Shown: positions 15,346 to 26,494 of the stretch, piece by piece | Position numbering within the stretch: position 1 is the first letter of the stretch | Layout of the letters: each line of letters opens with the position of its first letter | Assembly (NCBI GenBank): GCA_046563655.1 | Contig: CM102285.1 | Location: 8,494,001-8,558,000, forward strand | From: Yuukianura sp. NJ FZ-2021 | Taxonomy: Eukaryota | Length of the DNA stretch: 64,000 nucleotides | Direction: 5' to 3' | The notes under the pieces: generated by a model | What the model saw: the letters and a program-made list of their open reading frames with translations, nothing else | Told to the model about the DNA's origin: nothing | Database searches by the model: none | Position numbers and translations under genes: made by a program

Positions 15346-16017
15346 TTAGTATCCGTAGCTCTTCGGAGCGGAGTAGGCGTCGTGGACACGCGGAAGAGCC
15401 AGGCTCTTGAGGATCTCTTCTGGGATTGGTGGGGATGTTGGAAGATGGTCTCCCTTGGCGACGAATCCATGTTCATCAGCGGTGTAGGTGACGGTGAATC
15501 GCTGGCCCTCGGGGCTTGTGAAAGAGTAGGATCCTTGCTTGACCTGGGCTGGTCCTTCTGGGTGTCCAAGGTGCTTGAGGCTTCCGGACTCGCTTTGGGA
15601 AGTTCCATCGCTGGACTCGACGTTCATGGTGTAGTGTCCAGCGTTGTCGGTGCTGACGACCTGTCGAACAATTGTGGCAACTGGAAGGCTGGATTTGACG
15701 AAAGCCGTTGAGGAATGGCCATATCCGTAGTCGTTCTTGGGCACATCAGCTGGAATTGGTGCTGGAGCTTGGTATCCGTAGGAGGTCATGACCTTTGGCG
15801 TATCAGCGACGACGACGACCGTTGGACGCGGAGCGACATAGCTTCCGTAGTGGTTGGACTGCATTGGTGGGTCAGCCGGAGCCAGCGTGGTCATTGGTGG
15901 AGCCATTGTGTATGACTCAATTCGGATGTCGGGCTTGACGACATGATGGTTGTAGTAAGCGTTGGGCATGCCCAAGGCACTGACGATGCACAAAGCGGCA
16001 ACTGCGATAACTTGCAT
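15346..16017 (-). CDS. Cuticular protein, CPR family RR-1 type (chitin-binding R&R consensus), 223 aa, intronless
   Basis: Hydrophobic signal peptide [16 protein letters not shown]; Pro/Ala/Tyr-rich linker; R&R consensus [32 protein letters not shown] followed by the RR-1-typical [11 protein letters not shown]. Confidence 0.95.
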   Translation of the reverse strand: MQVIAVAALCIVSALGMPNAYYNHHVVKPDIRIESYTMAPPMTTLAPADPPMQSNHYGSYVAPRPTVVVVADTPKVMTSYGYQAPAPIPADVPKNDYGYGHSSTAFVKSSLPVATIVRQVVSTDNAGHYTMNVESSDGTSQSESGSLKHLGHPEGPAQVKQGSYSFTSPEGQRFTVTYTADEHGFVAKGDHLPTSPPIPEEILKSLALPRVHDAYSAPKSYGY

Positions 16018-16090
16018 GATGAAACTTTTTGGAAAATTGGATTTCGAAAATTGGAATTTTAGTTGTGTTGTCGTAAGAGGTGGAAGTCGG

Positions 16091-16130
16091 TGACTGGATA
16101 CTGGCTACTCAGTTTGTCGCCCGTTTTATA
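16091..16130 (-). promoter_or_regulatory. TATA box + Inr-like core promoter of the cuticle protein gene
   Basis: Minus-strand TATAAAA at 16130-16124, with CCAGTA/CCAGTC initiator-like motifs about 28-35 nt downstream and about 80 nt upstream of the ATG. Confidence 0.7.
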
Positions 16131-16712
16131 CCGTCCGGATATCATGGATTGACCTTCTTGTTGTTGACACAGATCAAAAAATTTCTTATTTTTAGAAAAA
16201 CTGAGTTTAGAAAACGAAAATGACACGAGCTTTTAGTATTTTCTGGTTTTGAAGGTTCAGATGAAGGACGCGCCCCTGAAGTACCCAGGAACAGGCCCTT
16301 TTTACTTTCCATTTCCTTCTGGTTATACCATTGTCCTTCAAATTTTTTTTAAAGTAACAATATAATTTATTAGAACAACAAAATAATGCACAAACACCTG
16401 CCCTAGGCATTATGGTTATGGTTATGTAAACACTAAAGTTATGTTTGTTTCTCAAGCGATTAAGGACGTGTGGTATGCGTCTAAAACAATAATCTTTAAA
16501 TTTAGTAACCAGGATAACCGAGCTTGTGCAGTTAGTAAATATTGCAGACATCGACAAAAAAAAAGCACCCTCATGAGTGATGAAAAACGATCAATGCAAA
16601 TTATGATAAAAACAAGTATGGACTTTCAAACAAACAAAATACTGAGTCTAAGTTCGGTTGCCGTCGTTTGGGTTTTGTCAACAACTTTACTGAGAATGCG
16701 ACATTGAAATTG

Positions 16713-16986
16713 AAAAATGGTTATGCTCATGTCAGCGTAGGAATGTCGTACAGTGACCCACAATATATCAAACTTTAGGCAAAGACTTGATCTACGTATA
16801 AAAATTATGAAATTATAATTCTAACCGTGAAAAAAATGGACACAAATATTCAACCCCTTTTTTTGCATAGTTACACTTGGAATTAAATAAGTTTACTACA
16901 CGTAATAGTACTAGATCAAGTCCAGATAAAGTTTGATATATTGTAGGTTACTGTACGACATTCCTACGCTGATCAAAACCATTTTT
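16713..16986. mobile_element. Foldback / MITE-like inverted repeat (about 275 bp)
   Basis: Left arm TCAGCGTAGGAATGTCGTACAGTGACCCACAATATATCAAACTTTA..GACTTGATCTA (16732-16794) is the near-perfect reverse complement of 16912-16972. Outer AAAAATGGTT/AACCATTTTT and inner A-tract/T-tract segments extend the symmetry. No ORF; no target-site duplication identified. Confidence 0.6.
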
Positions 16987-19900
16987 GCATGGCGGTGTTA
17001 CAGCGGAATTTTTCTGCCAATTCCGTATCAAGCCTATGCAATTCCTTAAAAATGTATCCTCATTTTACTACCGTCTTCTAAGGTACTATGTGGAACAGAA
17101 AATCGTCTTCCTGAGTTATATTTTGTGACGTTTGCATTAAGCATTTTTAAATTTAAGATTACCAGAAGACAATACATAGAACCGCTTTAATTCATATTCA
17201 TAGTAGGTACCTAAAATTATGTTGAAGCTTGATATTGCACGTTCTAGTATACAAACCCTAGTTAAGTTTAGTTGTTTTCTCCTAAGAGATCGATAATATT
17301 TCAAACCAAAGTTTTTAATCCAATTACTACGAGAGTTGCTACAATTCGCCTAAATTCTATAATTAGCCCTTCAAAAGCACCTTAAGTTTCCAACTCGAAC
17401 TTTCGAATTCTTCGTTCTAAAATTTTGGCCGTTACACAATTTGGGAAAGTCTGAACACAAATAGCTCAGTATTAAACTCTTTTTTGAGGTCTTAATTAAG
17501 TATTCAATCCAAAACTGGCAAAATCTTTTCAAAGGAAAAAAAATGTAGTAGAGGATTTGCTGCTCAACTTTTTCTGGTAGAGAGTCGGGTGAAAGTAAAT
17601 CCTCCACTAATTCTTCTTTCGGATTGGAATGTTCCTTGTGCCTCCTTTGTCTTTTCTTGGCTACAAAAGATTTAAGAGTGCGTCTGTAGCCTTCGAGGCG
17701 AACTGGAGGCCTTCAGTGGTGGTAATAATGACCGCGGGCTTTGGTTTTCATGCCGTTTCTCACTAAAGTCTCAGCTCGTCCCCTTTCAACTTCTTAATTG
17801 AATTTCTTCTCATTCCCCTTCGTTTTGTTCTTTGGAAAGCCGAAGAAAGTGTGGGCTCAATCAAGACGATACCCAGGAACTACTCGGGATCCGCAGTTTC
17901 CCGGTTGAAACTTCAGAAGGACTGCGATTCACCTTCCAAATTCAAGACAGCTACAACTCTCCGCTGCCTTGTCTTCCAATTCGCCTTTTCCCTACTTCCA
18001 GAAAAGACAATCCAATTCCTCACGTTGGCTCACTTTCGCGTTTTCTAATTTTGTATTTGTGGAAAATTGGCTCAAGAAGCAGATCACAAACCGTTTTCTG
18101 TTTGCCAAAACTCTTGAGCTAGGAAATGAAACACCACCACTTCCATACCAAGTCGTTCAGAACTGAAGAAAATTCTGGGAAATCACTTTGGGGGAAGTAG
18201 TTGAGAATGCATTATGGTAAGATTTAGACTCATTTAACTAAACGACTTAAGTCAAACCGGGAGTTAGTTAGCTATGAGTTAAAACGTTCCGGTGAATTCA
18301 AATTGCAGTTTTTGCTTTGTGAATTTAAACATGAAGCCTGATTTTTTCCGTTGTCGACTTTTCAAGCGTTGTTGCAAAACCTTGAATGACCTTCTGACCA
18401 AAAAGAAAAAGTTGTGGAAAGCAGAATGTGATGAATACAGCGGTGGAATTTATTAGATTTGGAATTTATGGAAACACAATGGAGGTAATCAAAAGTAAAG
18501 AAGAAGAAGCCTTCCAAGAGAAAGTTGAGGGTGACTTTCTCCTTCTGCTGCTCCATTTTGTGGGTGTCTAATGAATGTCTCTGGATTCTGGAACTGTTCA
18601 AATAGATTCTAATGAATATGAATTGTAAAGGATTGTAAAGCGTTTAAATGGGAATTATTCAAGGACTTATCCACTTGTTCCCTGAATCTCGTGGGCAGAA
18701 CAGACGGTTCAAAGGGCTTTCGTTCATGTTCCAAGGGGCCTTTTAGAGACAATGAAACTTTAACTAGTCTAGAGAGCCCAGTTCCGCACTCCCTGTGGCT
18801 TCCTTCAGACAAACCAAATCTCGGAAAGCATGATAAACCAGGGAAATGAACCAAATAATTAATGAGCCAATTACAAATCTCACACATAACTCCCAAGCCT
18901 TAACAAGGACGTTCAACTGCATGTGAAAACTCTCGGGTTACAATATAATAGATTTGAGGCTCAAGTAGTCCCGTTATTGCAAGGTATCATTACATAAAGG
19001 ACCGTCATTACAGCATGTTAGGTTTCGTTTAGGTTCATAATTGTCAATTATCAATTACTATGAGCCGTAAAGGATCAAAGCGGATCATTTTCAATTTATG
19101 TAACCTACCGAGAACTTTAATGTTTTCAAAATTTGAACAGCAACCATTTTTCGAACTTTACTTTTGTTGTTAGCGTATACGGTTAGTGCAATTTTCACGG
19201 TTTCAAAATTCCAAAATTGTAATCACTAATCCGATTCGAAGATCTCCTTTGATTTTTAGTAGATTTAAGGTTTTTCGATCTAATCTTAATCACATAAATC
19301 TAAATGTAGTCCGTATTTTGTCCATTTCCTTGCACGTTCATGTTAGAAGGGAATTTCTGATCTCGAGAACTTTTAAATTCGCAACGATGTTTTATATGAA
19401 ACTATGTTTTTCAAACAATGGTTTTGAAATAATGCCGAACCACGGGAAGCAAAAGCGGACCATTATGCAGAATTTGAACGCCTAACCAAACCAGCGTGAG
19501 AAGTGGTTTTGGCTTTTGCAATTTAAAATTCGAGTGTCGTCTTAAAACTGTCTTGCTCTTTTCCGGCGTGATTTCGGGCAATATGGTGCTGATTGAATTA
19601 TTCCCTGTGACTGACTCGTCGTAAGAGGGAGTACAGAAGGTGATTGGATACTTGCCAGTTGCTCAAGTGCTCCTTAAATAAGGAAACACTACTTTTACAG
19701 CCGTGTTCGTACTGGAGCATCATCTCTTGGCACGCACAACACGCGTTCTACCAAACTTTTCAAAAAATGGAGAAAGTTCAATCGCCTGACGCCTAGAGCA
19801 TGAACATGTTTTTTTGACTGTTTTACCTTAAAAGCTTAGCATTGATTGTACGGAACTGATGGAAGCTTTCATCGGGCGTGAAATGTTGTTTAACTTGTTT

Positions 19901-20580
19901 TTGGTGAATCGACAACATTTGCAGGGTACATATTCTAGTAAGTTTCAATAAAAAAGATAGAAGCAAACAGTTTACTGTTTTTTCTACGTTTATACGCTCT
20001 AAGAAAAAACTGAAATAAATCTTCAACCGTTGGGTTCCTCTTTCATTGGTGTCAAAAAATGCAGCAGGTTCAACAACACGGAAATGTTTGGACAAATATT
20101 CTTTATGACTTAAAACGATTAAAAATACATAGGTTGTAACACGTAGCATATTACAGAGTGAAATGGGACACGTGAAAGTTTTCACTTTCAATTTTTTTTA
20201 AGGTAACTGATTTTTTAGTGCATTAATTAGAAGAGAATTTAAGATTGAGATTGGGAGAAAGCCATTGTTGCTTGGGTCGTGAGGGTGGTGGAGAGCGTGG
20301 GTGAAAGTGCTCCATTCTTAAAGCAATGTTGTCAGGTCTTTCTGACGAAAGCGCGGGAACCAAGTTATTCAAACTCTACGAAAAAACACAAATTCAGTCA
20401 GAGGTTTTGGGTTTTAGAGATTTCGAATTTTGATTTTATGCTTTAGTTTTAAAATTTCAATTTGCTTAGGCAGCATCTTTAACAAAGGGCCGTTTAATAG
20501 TTACGACCTTCCATTCCACCACTATCGAGAAAGTATCTACATAGGAAATAATTATTAATTACAAGGTAATTGATTAATAA

Positions 20581-23500
20581 ATGGTTGATTCAACTGAAAA
20601 CTTCGTAGAGTATGGAACTCCACTGGAACCTCTGGAAGAAGGTAAACAAAATTACTTACTAAAACTGATTTTCCGCGCTTGATGTTTAGACACGGGCAGG
20701 ACGGGCTTAGTCTTTTGCGAGTCACTTTTAATGGATTCAATGATTATTTTCTTGTAGATGATGTACCAAGCAAGAAGCCCGTATCTGTTCAGGATCAAAT
20801 TGCCGTTGATGATCAAGGCCGGCGACGATTTCATGGAGCCTTTACTGGTGGATTTTCCGCTGGTTATTATAATACTGTTGGGTCAAAAGAAGGTTGGACA
20901 CCAGCTGAGTTCAAATCATCCAGACAAAATCGAGCAGAGACATCAACTAACCGGAAGGGCCAGAATGTGCAGGACTTTATGGACGAGGAGGTAGATATAC
21001 TAAACAAAGAAAAACAATAATGGAGCAAAATAGTAATGAGGGTAATACTAATGATTAGTAGTGAACTTGCCCTGATTCAGTTCCCATTTGGTTTCTATGC
21101 AAAACCTGGCATGCTAATGTGATTTTCTCGTAGGACTTGGGAGCGTTTGGTATTGCACCTCAAATACTTCGCGCGACTACTGATTTCGAACAGCGGGAAA
21201 GTCGTAAACGTGTCCGACCATCTCCTGACTCGGGGCCCATTCCAGGAGTACCAGTTTTGGAACAAATTATTCAGCCAGTGAAGTAAGAAGTAGTAAACTG
21301 CTTCATGAATATTTTTCACGAACTTTAATACTTTCCAGAATTGAGATTTTTTTTACCATTGAGTAGAGACACAATCGGAATCCGTATTCTTCAGCGAATG
21401 GGATGGAGACCAGGACAAGGGATTGGACCACGATTAACCAAAGCTGAGAGGATAGCCGAACGCGAACGGAGAGAGGAAAAGAAACGTCGGAAAAGCCAAA
21501 AGAATAAGGAAGACATACGTGATCAGTCAACAGAAGAATCCTCAAACACTGCAGAAGCAAGAGTGTACGGGTGTTATGTTCCCCCTGAGTTTCGAAAGGC
21601 TAAGGAAGATTCGGATTCCGAAGACAGCATCATCGACATCTCTCAAGTCACCTTTGCACCGGACGATTTTGAAGATCCGCTGTGCAATCCGAAGGAAAAT
21701 ACGTTTGGACTTGGTTACACGGGGTTGGATCGTTCTGCCTTATCATTCGGAGCAATTGATTTATTTGGAACTGACGCTGGAATAAAAAGTCGTGTCGAAA
21801 ACCGCAAGTTAAACATTCGAGGAGAGGTAATCTAACAGCTAAAAGAAACATCATTATGGTCAATACAAGTTTAATTTCTGATATTTTGAGTCATATTTCT
21901 CAGGCTTTTGGAATTGGAGCATTCGAAGACGCTGATGAAGAGGTTTACAACCGAAATGACTTTTCTCAATACGATTTCTCTCTTGAAACTCCGGAGGAAC
22001 GAAAAAAACGTCGAGGTGATGAACGGCGTTCAAAGAATGAAAAACCTGCAGGTACTGACGCTGGGGTGCTACCTGGATTCGTGGTAGCCAAACGACCTCC
22101 ACCACTGCGGAAATATTTTCCACCGCCACCATTGCCTAAGAACTTTGAACCGAAACACTACATTAAACGGTCTCGTTTTGATCAGCCGCCTCCGACAGCT
22201 GTTGAGGAATCATCTAAGAAGAAGCTCGGGCTTGATCGTCATCGTCTTACCATTGAGGAGCGGCAAGTATTACTTGGTGAAGAGAAAGTACCGCTAACCC
22301 CACAGGAACAACTGGAGATAGAGGAAAAAGCAAAGGAGGAGGCGGAGCAGCTCAAGAGGGACAAAGCAATTGAAAAAGCAGAACGTCTGAAGAAGTTTAC
22401 GGAAGTTCTTCAGACATACACCTCTAATAAAGCCGCTCCCCAAGGCGGGCAAGGAACTGCAGCGTTTAAGCCGTTCGTGAAGAATCCGGAGAAGCAAGAG
22501 CGTTATGAAAAGTATATGACTCTGATTGCAGCCGGATTTTCAGGTAACTTTACGAACTACCAAAGCCTATTTTGTTTTATTTACATGTGGTTGATGTAGT
22601 TTTGTGTTTTCAGAATGCCTCAAAGATTTACAACCACTGGAAATGACGGAATGGGAACGGGAAAGAGAGCGGATGGAATTCGAACGAGCATCAGCTTTGT
22701 ATCGACCTATGGGAAACGTTATTGCATCTCGATTTGTGTCTGCTCAGTCTCATGACATTTCTCACTTGGGTATGGCAAACTCGCTTTATTTTCATAAGTT
22801 AAAATTGACAGACAGTGACACAGACAAACATTAGCATATATAACTTTAAAAAATACATAATTGTGTTTTTTTACAGTCCCAGTGAAAGAAGCAAAAGAAG
22901 AGAAGGATCCTACGCAAGATCCGAAAGTGGCTGCAAAATTGGGCCTCTTTGGAAAATTAACCCATAAAGTCTACGAATGGCATCCAGATCGCCTCATGTC
23001 TAAACGTTTTAATGTTCCCCATCCACATCCTGAGTAATTGAACTGAAAGTTATTATGTTTTACCTTGACGTTCTTTATTAGTCTCTCTAATATACTTCTT
23101 TTAATTTAGATCGAAAATGGTTGGTGTTGTTCGGCGGGATATCCTGCGTTCAGTTCCTCTTCCTACTGATAACAACTCGACAGCCGGAGGATCTTCTACA
23201 AGCGGCGGCGTAGAAACAGCCATAGTTGTGCCACCGCCTCAACCAGTCAAAAAATCACTGTTTGACAACCTGGATTTCTCAAAGCCTCCTCCCGGTCTTC
23301 TTCCAGTTCAACAAACGGCAATAACAACATCGGAAGAAGATATTTGTGCTCCAGGAACCGAGCAGGAAGGAGTAGAAAACAAACTCACACAGCCCAAAGC
23401 AGAAACGGAATCCTCCAAAGCTGAAGTACAAGAGCCCGTAGTTACAAAACCTCCGATTGATCTGTTCAAAGAGATATTTGAAAATTCTTCATCTGAATCT

Positions 23501-24349
23501 GACGAGGACGAACCTCAGAAACTACCAACACCGCCACGTTTAGCTGCCCCAGCAAAACCCTCGCGGTTTGAGACTAGAGAACGCAAGTTCGACAGAGAAA
23601 GTGGAATTCATCTAGAACGAAGGGACGAGAAAGAGCTGAAGGACAACCGAGAATCAAATCATCATGATCCACCAAAGTCAAAAGGGATTTTTGATAATCT
23701 GGATTTTTCTAAACTGGACGCCCCAAGAGAGAAGAGCGAGGTGACCGAACGAGTAAAATCAAACAGGGATACCGGAGATGAGAGAAAGTCAGTCACCAAA
23801 AATGAGAGAAAAAGCGACGCAGAGGAAGATGATGTCTATGGTCCACTCCCTCCTCGTCCTTCCATTTCTGCCAGTTCGACCGTGTCAACGGACATTCAAA
23901 GGACAAAGGCAGAGCCTCGTAGTGTCTTATCAAAGAGTAGCAGAGGGAATCCTATTAATTCCACATCCAGCCAACAGAATAACGACGAAGTCATGTGGGT
24001 TGAAGTATCAAAGGGAAAAAGAAGCCAACACAGGTCTAGCTCCAGCAGCAACGAAAGTGAAAGTATCAGAACTCGTAAACAGAAGAAGAAGAAGAAATTA
24101 AAGAAGACGCATCGACGGAGGGCGTCTTCATCTTCCAAGTCAAAGAAATCCAAAAAGAGAAAGGATGTCAAGTCTAAAAAATCCAAGAGGCATAAAAGGG
24201 AGTCGTCAAGCGAGAGCTCCGGAAGTGAAGATGAAACAGAAACGGATTCAGACTCGGACGACTCTGCTCTTCAAAAAATTAAAATTCATCAATCATTCAA
24301 CAACAAGGCTCTACTGTCCAAATTAAAAGAACTGACACGTCCCAAGTAG
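20581..24349 (+). CDS. GPATCH1: G-patch domain-containing protein 1 (splicing factor); exons 20581-20641, 20758-20990, 21134-21282, 21367-21826, 21904-22543, 22614-22769, 22877-23033, 23110-24349
   Basis: N-terminal [10 protein letters not shown] and the conserved [32 protein letters not shown]...DFMDEED segment; G-patch [61 protein letters not shown]; Lys/Ser-rich tail. All seven introns are GT-AG and keep the frame. Confidence 0.95.
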
Positions 24350-24619
24350 TCAAATGTGCAGGACTAGCGCAAGCGCACGCCCGTGTCTTGTAGAAAACGA
24401 AATTAAGAAGTTAATTTATTTAACACTTCCAATTTCTAAGTCTTGTTGACAACAAAATATTCAGCTCCTTCGACATAAAGTTTATGATGATGATGGTGAC
24501 ATCCGTTGCGTTCAATCTTCATTTCAATTCCGCCAATCCTCAAACATTCCTAAAAACACAAAAATTTTGAAATTAAGATGAAAGCGCGTTTCTAACTAAC
24601 TTTTCATGTTAAACTTTAA

Positions 24620-24688
24620 GCGATCATTATAAAAACCAATCGTCACCATAAGATCAGACTGGGGCGGTATATACTATAATCATGTCCA
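24620..24688 (-). ncRNA. SNORD31: Box C/D snoRNA U31/SNORD31-like (yeast snR67 site); predicted guide for the 28S P-loop Gm (yeast Gm2619 equivalent)
   Basis: Minus strand: ATGATTA (C) tagt ATATACCGCCCCAG T CTGA (D') tcttatg GTGACGA (C') ... ATGA (D). The guide ATACCGCCCCAGTCTGA matches human U31 as I recall it and is complementary to the conserved 28S CUGGGGCGGUA. It lies in intron 24550-24726. Confidence 0.85.
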
Positions 24689-25140
24689 GCTTTTCAAAGT
24701 AATTTTTGAAAGTGACCTTCCATTACCTCTTTAGTGAAAGTTGCTCGCTCATGATCCTTGGGAGTTACAAGAAGCGCTGTGCTGTCGTATTTCCAGCACA
24801 TCTCCCAAGGAATCGCTTCAACATGGAACATGGACAGATGACAGCCAAGTTGTTACTAAAATTAGTGATCTAGTACGTCACGTCTTGTGTTATGATGTCA
24901 GACAATGTACTGGAGAGGGGGAATCCTTTGGGGTTGAGGGTGGGGATGATTCCGTTCTGAATCTTGTTCTTGGAACAATGTGACACTCCAGCCGCGTCTA
25001 AAACACAAGAATGACATGAAATTCGATTTAATTAATTTCAAAATTACTGTTGAGGATATTGCAGAAGACATGCTACGGCAAGGGGTAAGCTCGTGGCAGA
25101 GTATGACGTAAAGGGATGCCTTAAAGTGTAACTCCCTGTA

Positions 25141-25251
25141 AATCTCAGGCTAGTGTAAATTAATTAAATCAAGTAATTTTCACTGCCGTTCCTTTTAAGG
25201 AACACCCAGTAAAAATACTCATACGAACGAGACGAGTGCTCATCATTGAAA
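25141..25251 (-). ncRNA. Box C/D snoRNA U30/SNORD30-like; predicted guide for 18S Am in ACGAACGAGAC (human Am1383 equivalent)
   Basis: Minus strand: ATGATGA (C, 25246-25240), guide GTCTCGTTCGT, ATGA (D'), internal GTTCCTT/AAGGAAC hairpin, GTGAAAA (C'-like), CTGA (D, 25148-25145). The guide is an 11-nt perfect complement of the conserved 18S ACGAACGAGAC, and human U30 carries the same TCTCGTTCG core. Confidence 0.75.
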
Positions 25252-25493
25252 TACAAGGCTACACTTGAACTTAAGGCACAAAGTGGGGGTACTTAAAATG
25301 GAATTTTAGACATTCCAGCTAAAGGATTACGACAAAACCACTTACTTGGAATTTGCATTTCATCAAAAAACGACTTTCGGAGAAGGTTGATGTCCATCAG
25401 TGATGAGCCTTAATTAAATCAACACAGACTTAATTAAAAACATTTTAGTCTTCAAAGTAGACATTTTGAAGTTGGCCTTGGTTGGCACGCGTT

Positions 25494-25576
25494 TTGACTC
25501 TCAGAGTGTGTTTAAAGGAACAATGAATCTTCATATGTCGATCAAAGCGAGCTGAGTTGGTCATCATCTGAGTCAA
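25494..25576 (-). ncRNA. SNORD29: Box C/D snoRNA U29/SNORD29-like, copy 1 (yeast snR71 site, 28S Am2946 equivalent)
   Basis: Minus strand: ATGATGA CCAACTCAGCTCGC T TTGA ... ATGAAGA ... CTGA, with a TTGACTC/GAGTCAA terminal stem. The guide pairs with 28S GUGAGCUGGGUU (two G-U pairs), and the D'+5 rule lands on the A. Confidence 0.85.
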
Positions 25577-25760
25577 GGACGCGGTTCTTGAAACCATGAA
25601 AGTTGAATAGATCAAAAGGTCAACTCACCTCAAAAGTCAATCTCAACTGCCACAGCAAGACTCCTGTTTATGCCACCTTCCTAGAAATGTATGACATCAA
25701 ACATGAATTAGTTCGCATATCATTGTGGTTCTTGAAAGCGTCATTTGTTTTCGAGCGTTT

Positions 25761-25835
25761 GATTTCAGAGTAGGTAAGTAGGAACAAAGACTCTTCATGG
25801 AAAAATCAAAGCGAGCTGAGTTGGTCATCATATTC
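25761..25835 (-). ncRNA. SNORD29: Box C/D snoRNA U29/SNORD29-like, copy 2
   Basis: Same C box (25831-25825), invariant guide CCAACTCAGCTCGCT-TTGA, C' ATGAAGA, D CTGA (25768-25765); in intron 25681-25885. Confidence 0.85.
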
Positions 25836-26135
25836 TTTGGTTAAGTGTTGACAAATTAATTAAAAACAGAGTGAAATTGACTTACATCAGCATTAATCAT
25901 AGAGATCATAGAATTCATGACTTGACTCGGAACTGTATGGCCATGTAATCTCCTCCTATCCAGCAACTCCAGATCAAATCTCGTAGTCTCATGTCATGTC
26001 AACTCAGCCAGTCAGTCACAGCTCACACACGCTCGTCCATCTGATTCCAGCAGCCCAGGAAACTATGCAAACACAACCAGAAACGGATCAAAAGCTGAAC
26101 GCGTGATTTCAAAGTTAAAGTTGACAGGCACAATA

Positions 26136-26208
26136 TATTTCAGAGTAGGTAAAAGGAACAAAGGTTCTTCATTGCAAATCAAAGCGAGCTGAGTTGGTCA
26201 TCATGAAA
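26136..26208 (-). ncRNA. SNORD29: Box C/D snoRNA U29/SNORD29-like, copy 3
   Basis: C box 26204-26198, invariant guide, C' ATGAAGA, D CTGA 26143-26140; in intron 26063-26253. Confidence 0.85.
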
Positions 26209-26419
26209 ACCAAAAGTATTTAGTGTATAGATTAGGATGGAAATGAAACTTACAGTATTCTGGGCTGCGAATGTGGCTTTGAAGACAAAACTTGGCCTCG
26301 CTTCATCTCCAAATCAGCTGGCAGTTCCCTTAAAAAATAGAAAATGAGCAATTGAAAACTGTCAAAACAAATTACATTCACAACTAACTGAAGTTCTGCT
26401 TGCTCAATCCTTTGGGCAA

Positions 26420-26494
26420 CTTTTCAGAGTAGATAATAAGGAACAATGAATCTTCATGGAAAAATCAAAGCGAGCTGAGTTGGTCATCACATTC
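26420..26494 (-). ncRNA. SNORD29: Box C/D snoRNA U29/SNORD29-like, copy 4
   Basis: C box GTGATGA 26490-26484, invariant guide, C' ATGAAGA, D CTGA 26427-26424; in intron 26329-26536. Confidence 0.85.

Noticed and set aside
17371..18166. Cluster of short ORFs between the cuticle gene and GPATCH1
   Set aside because: They are interrupted by stops, mostly have non-ATG starts and show no recognisable protein family.
25501..26490. Regularly spaced 27-bp repeat ATCAAAGCGAGCTGAGTTGGTCATCA resembling a CRISPR-like array
   Set aside because: The context is eukaryotic, spacing is about 260-380 bp and there are no cas genes. It is fully explained as the box C + guide + D' of duplicated snoRNAs.
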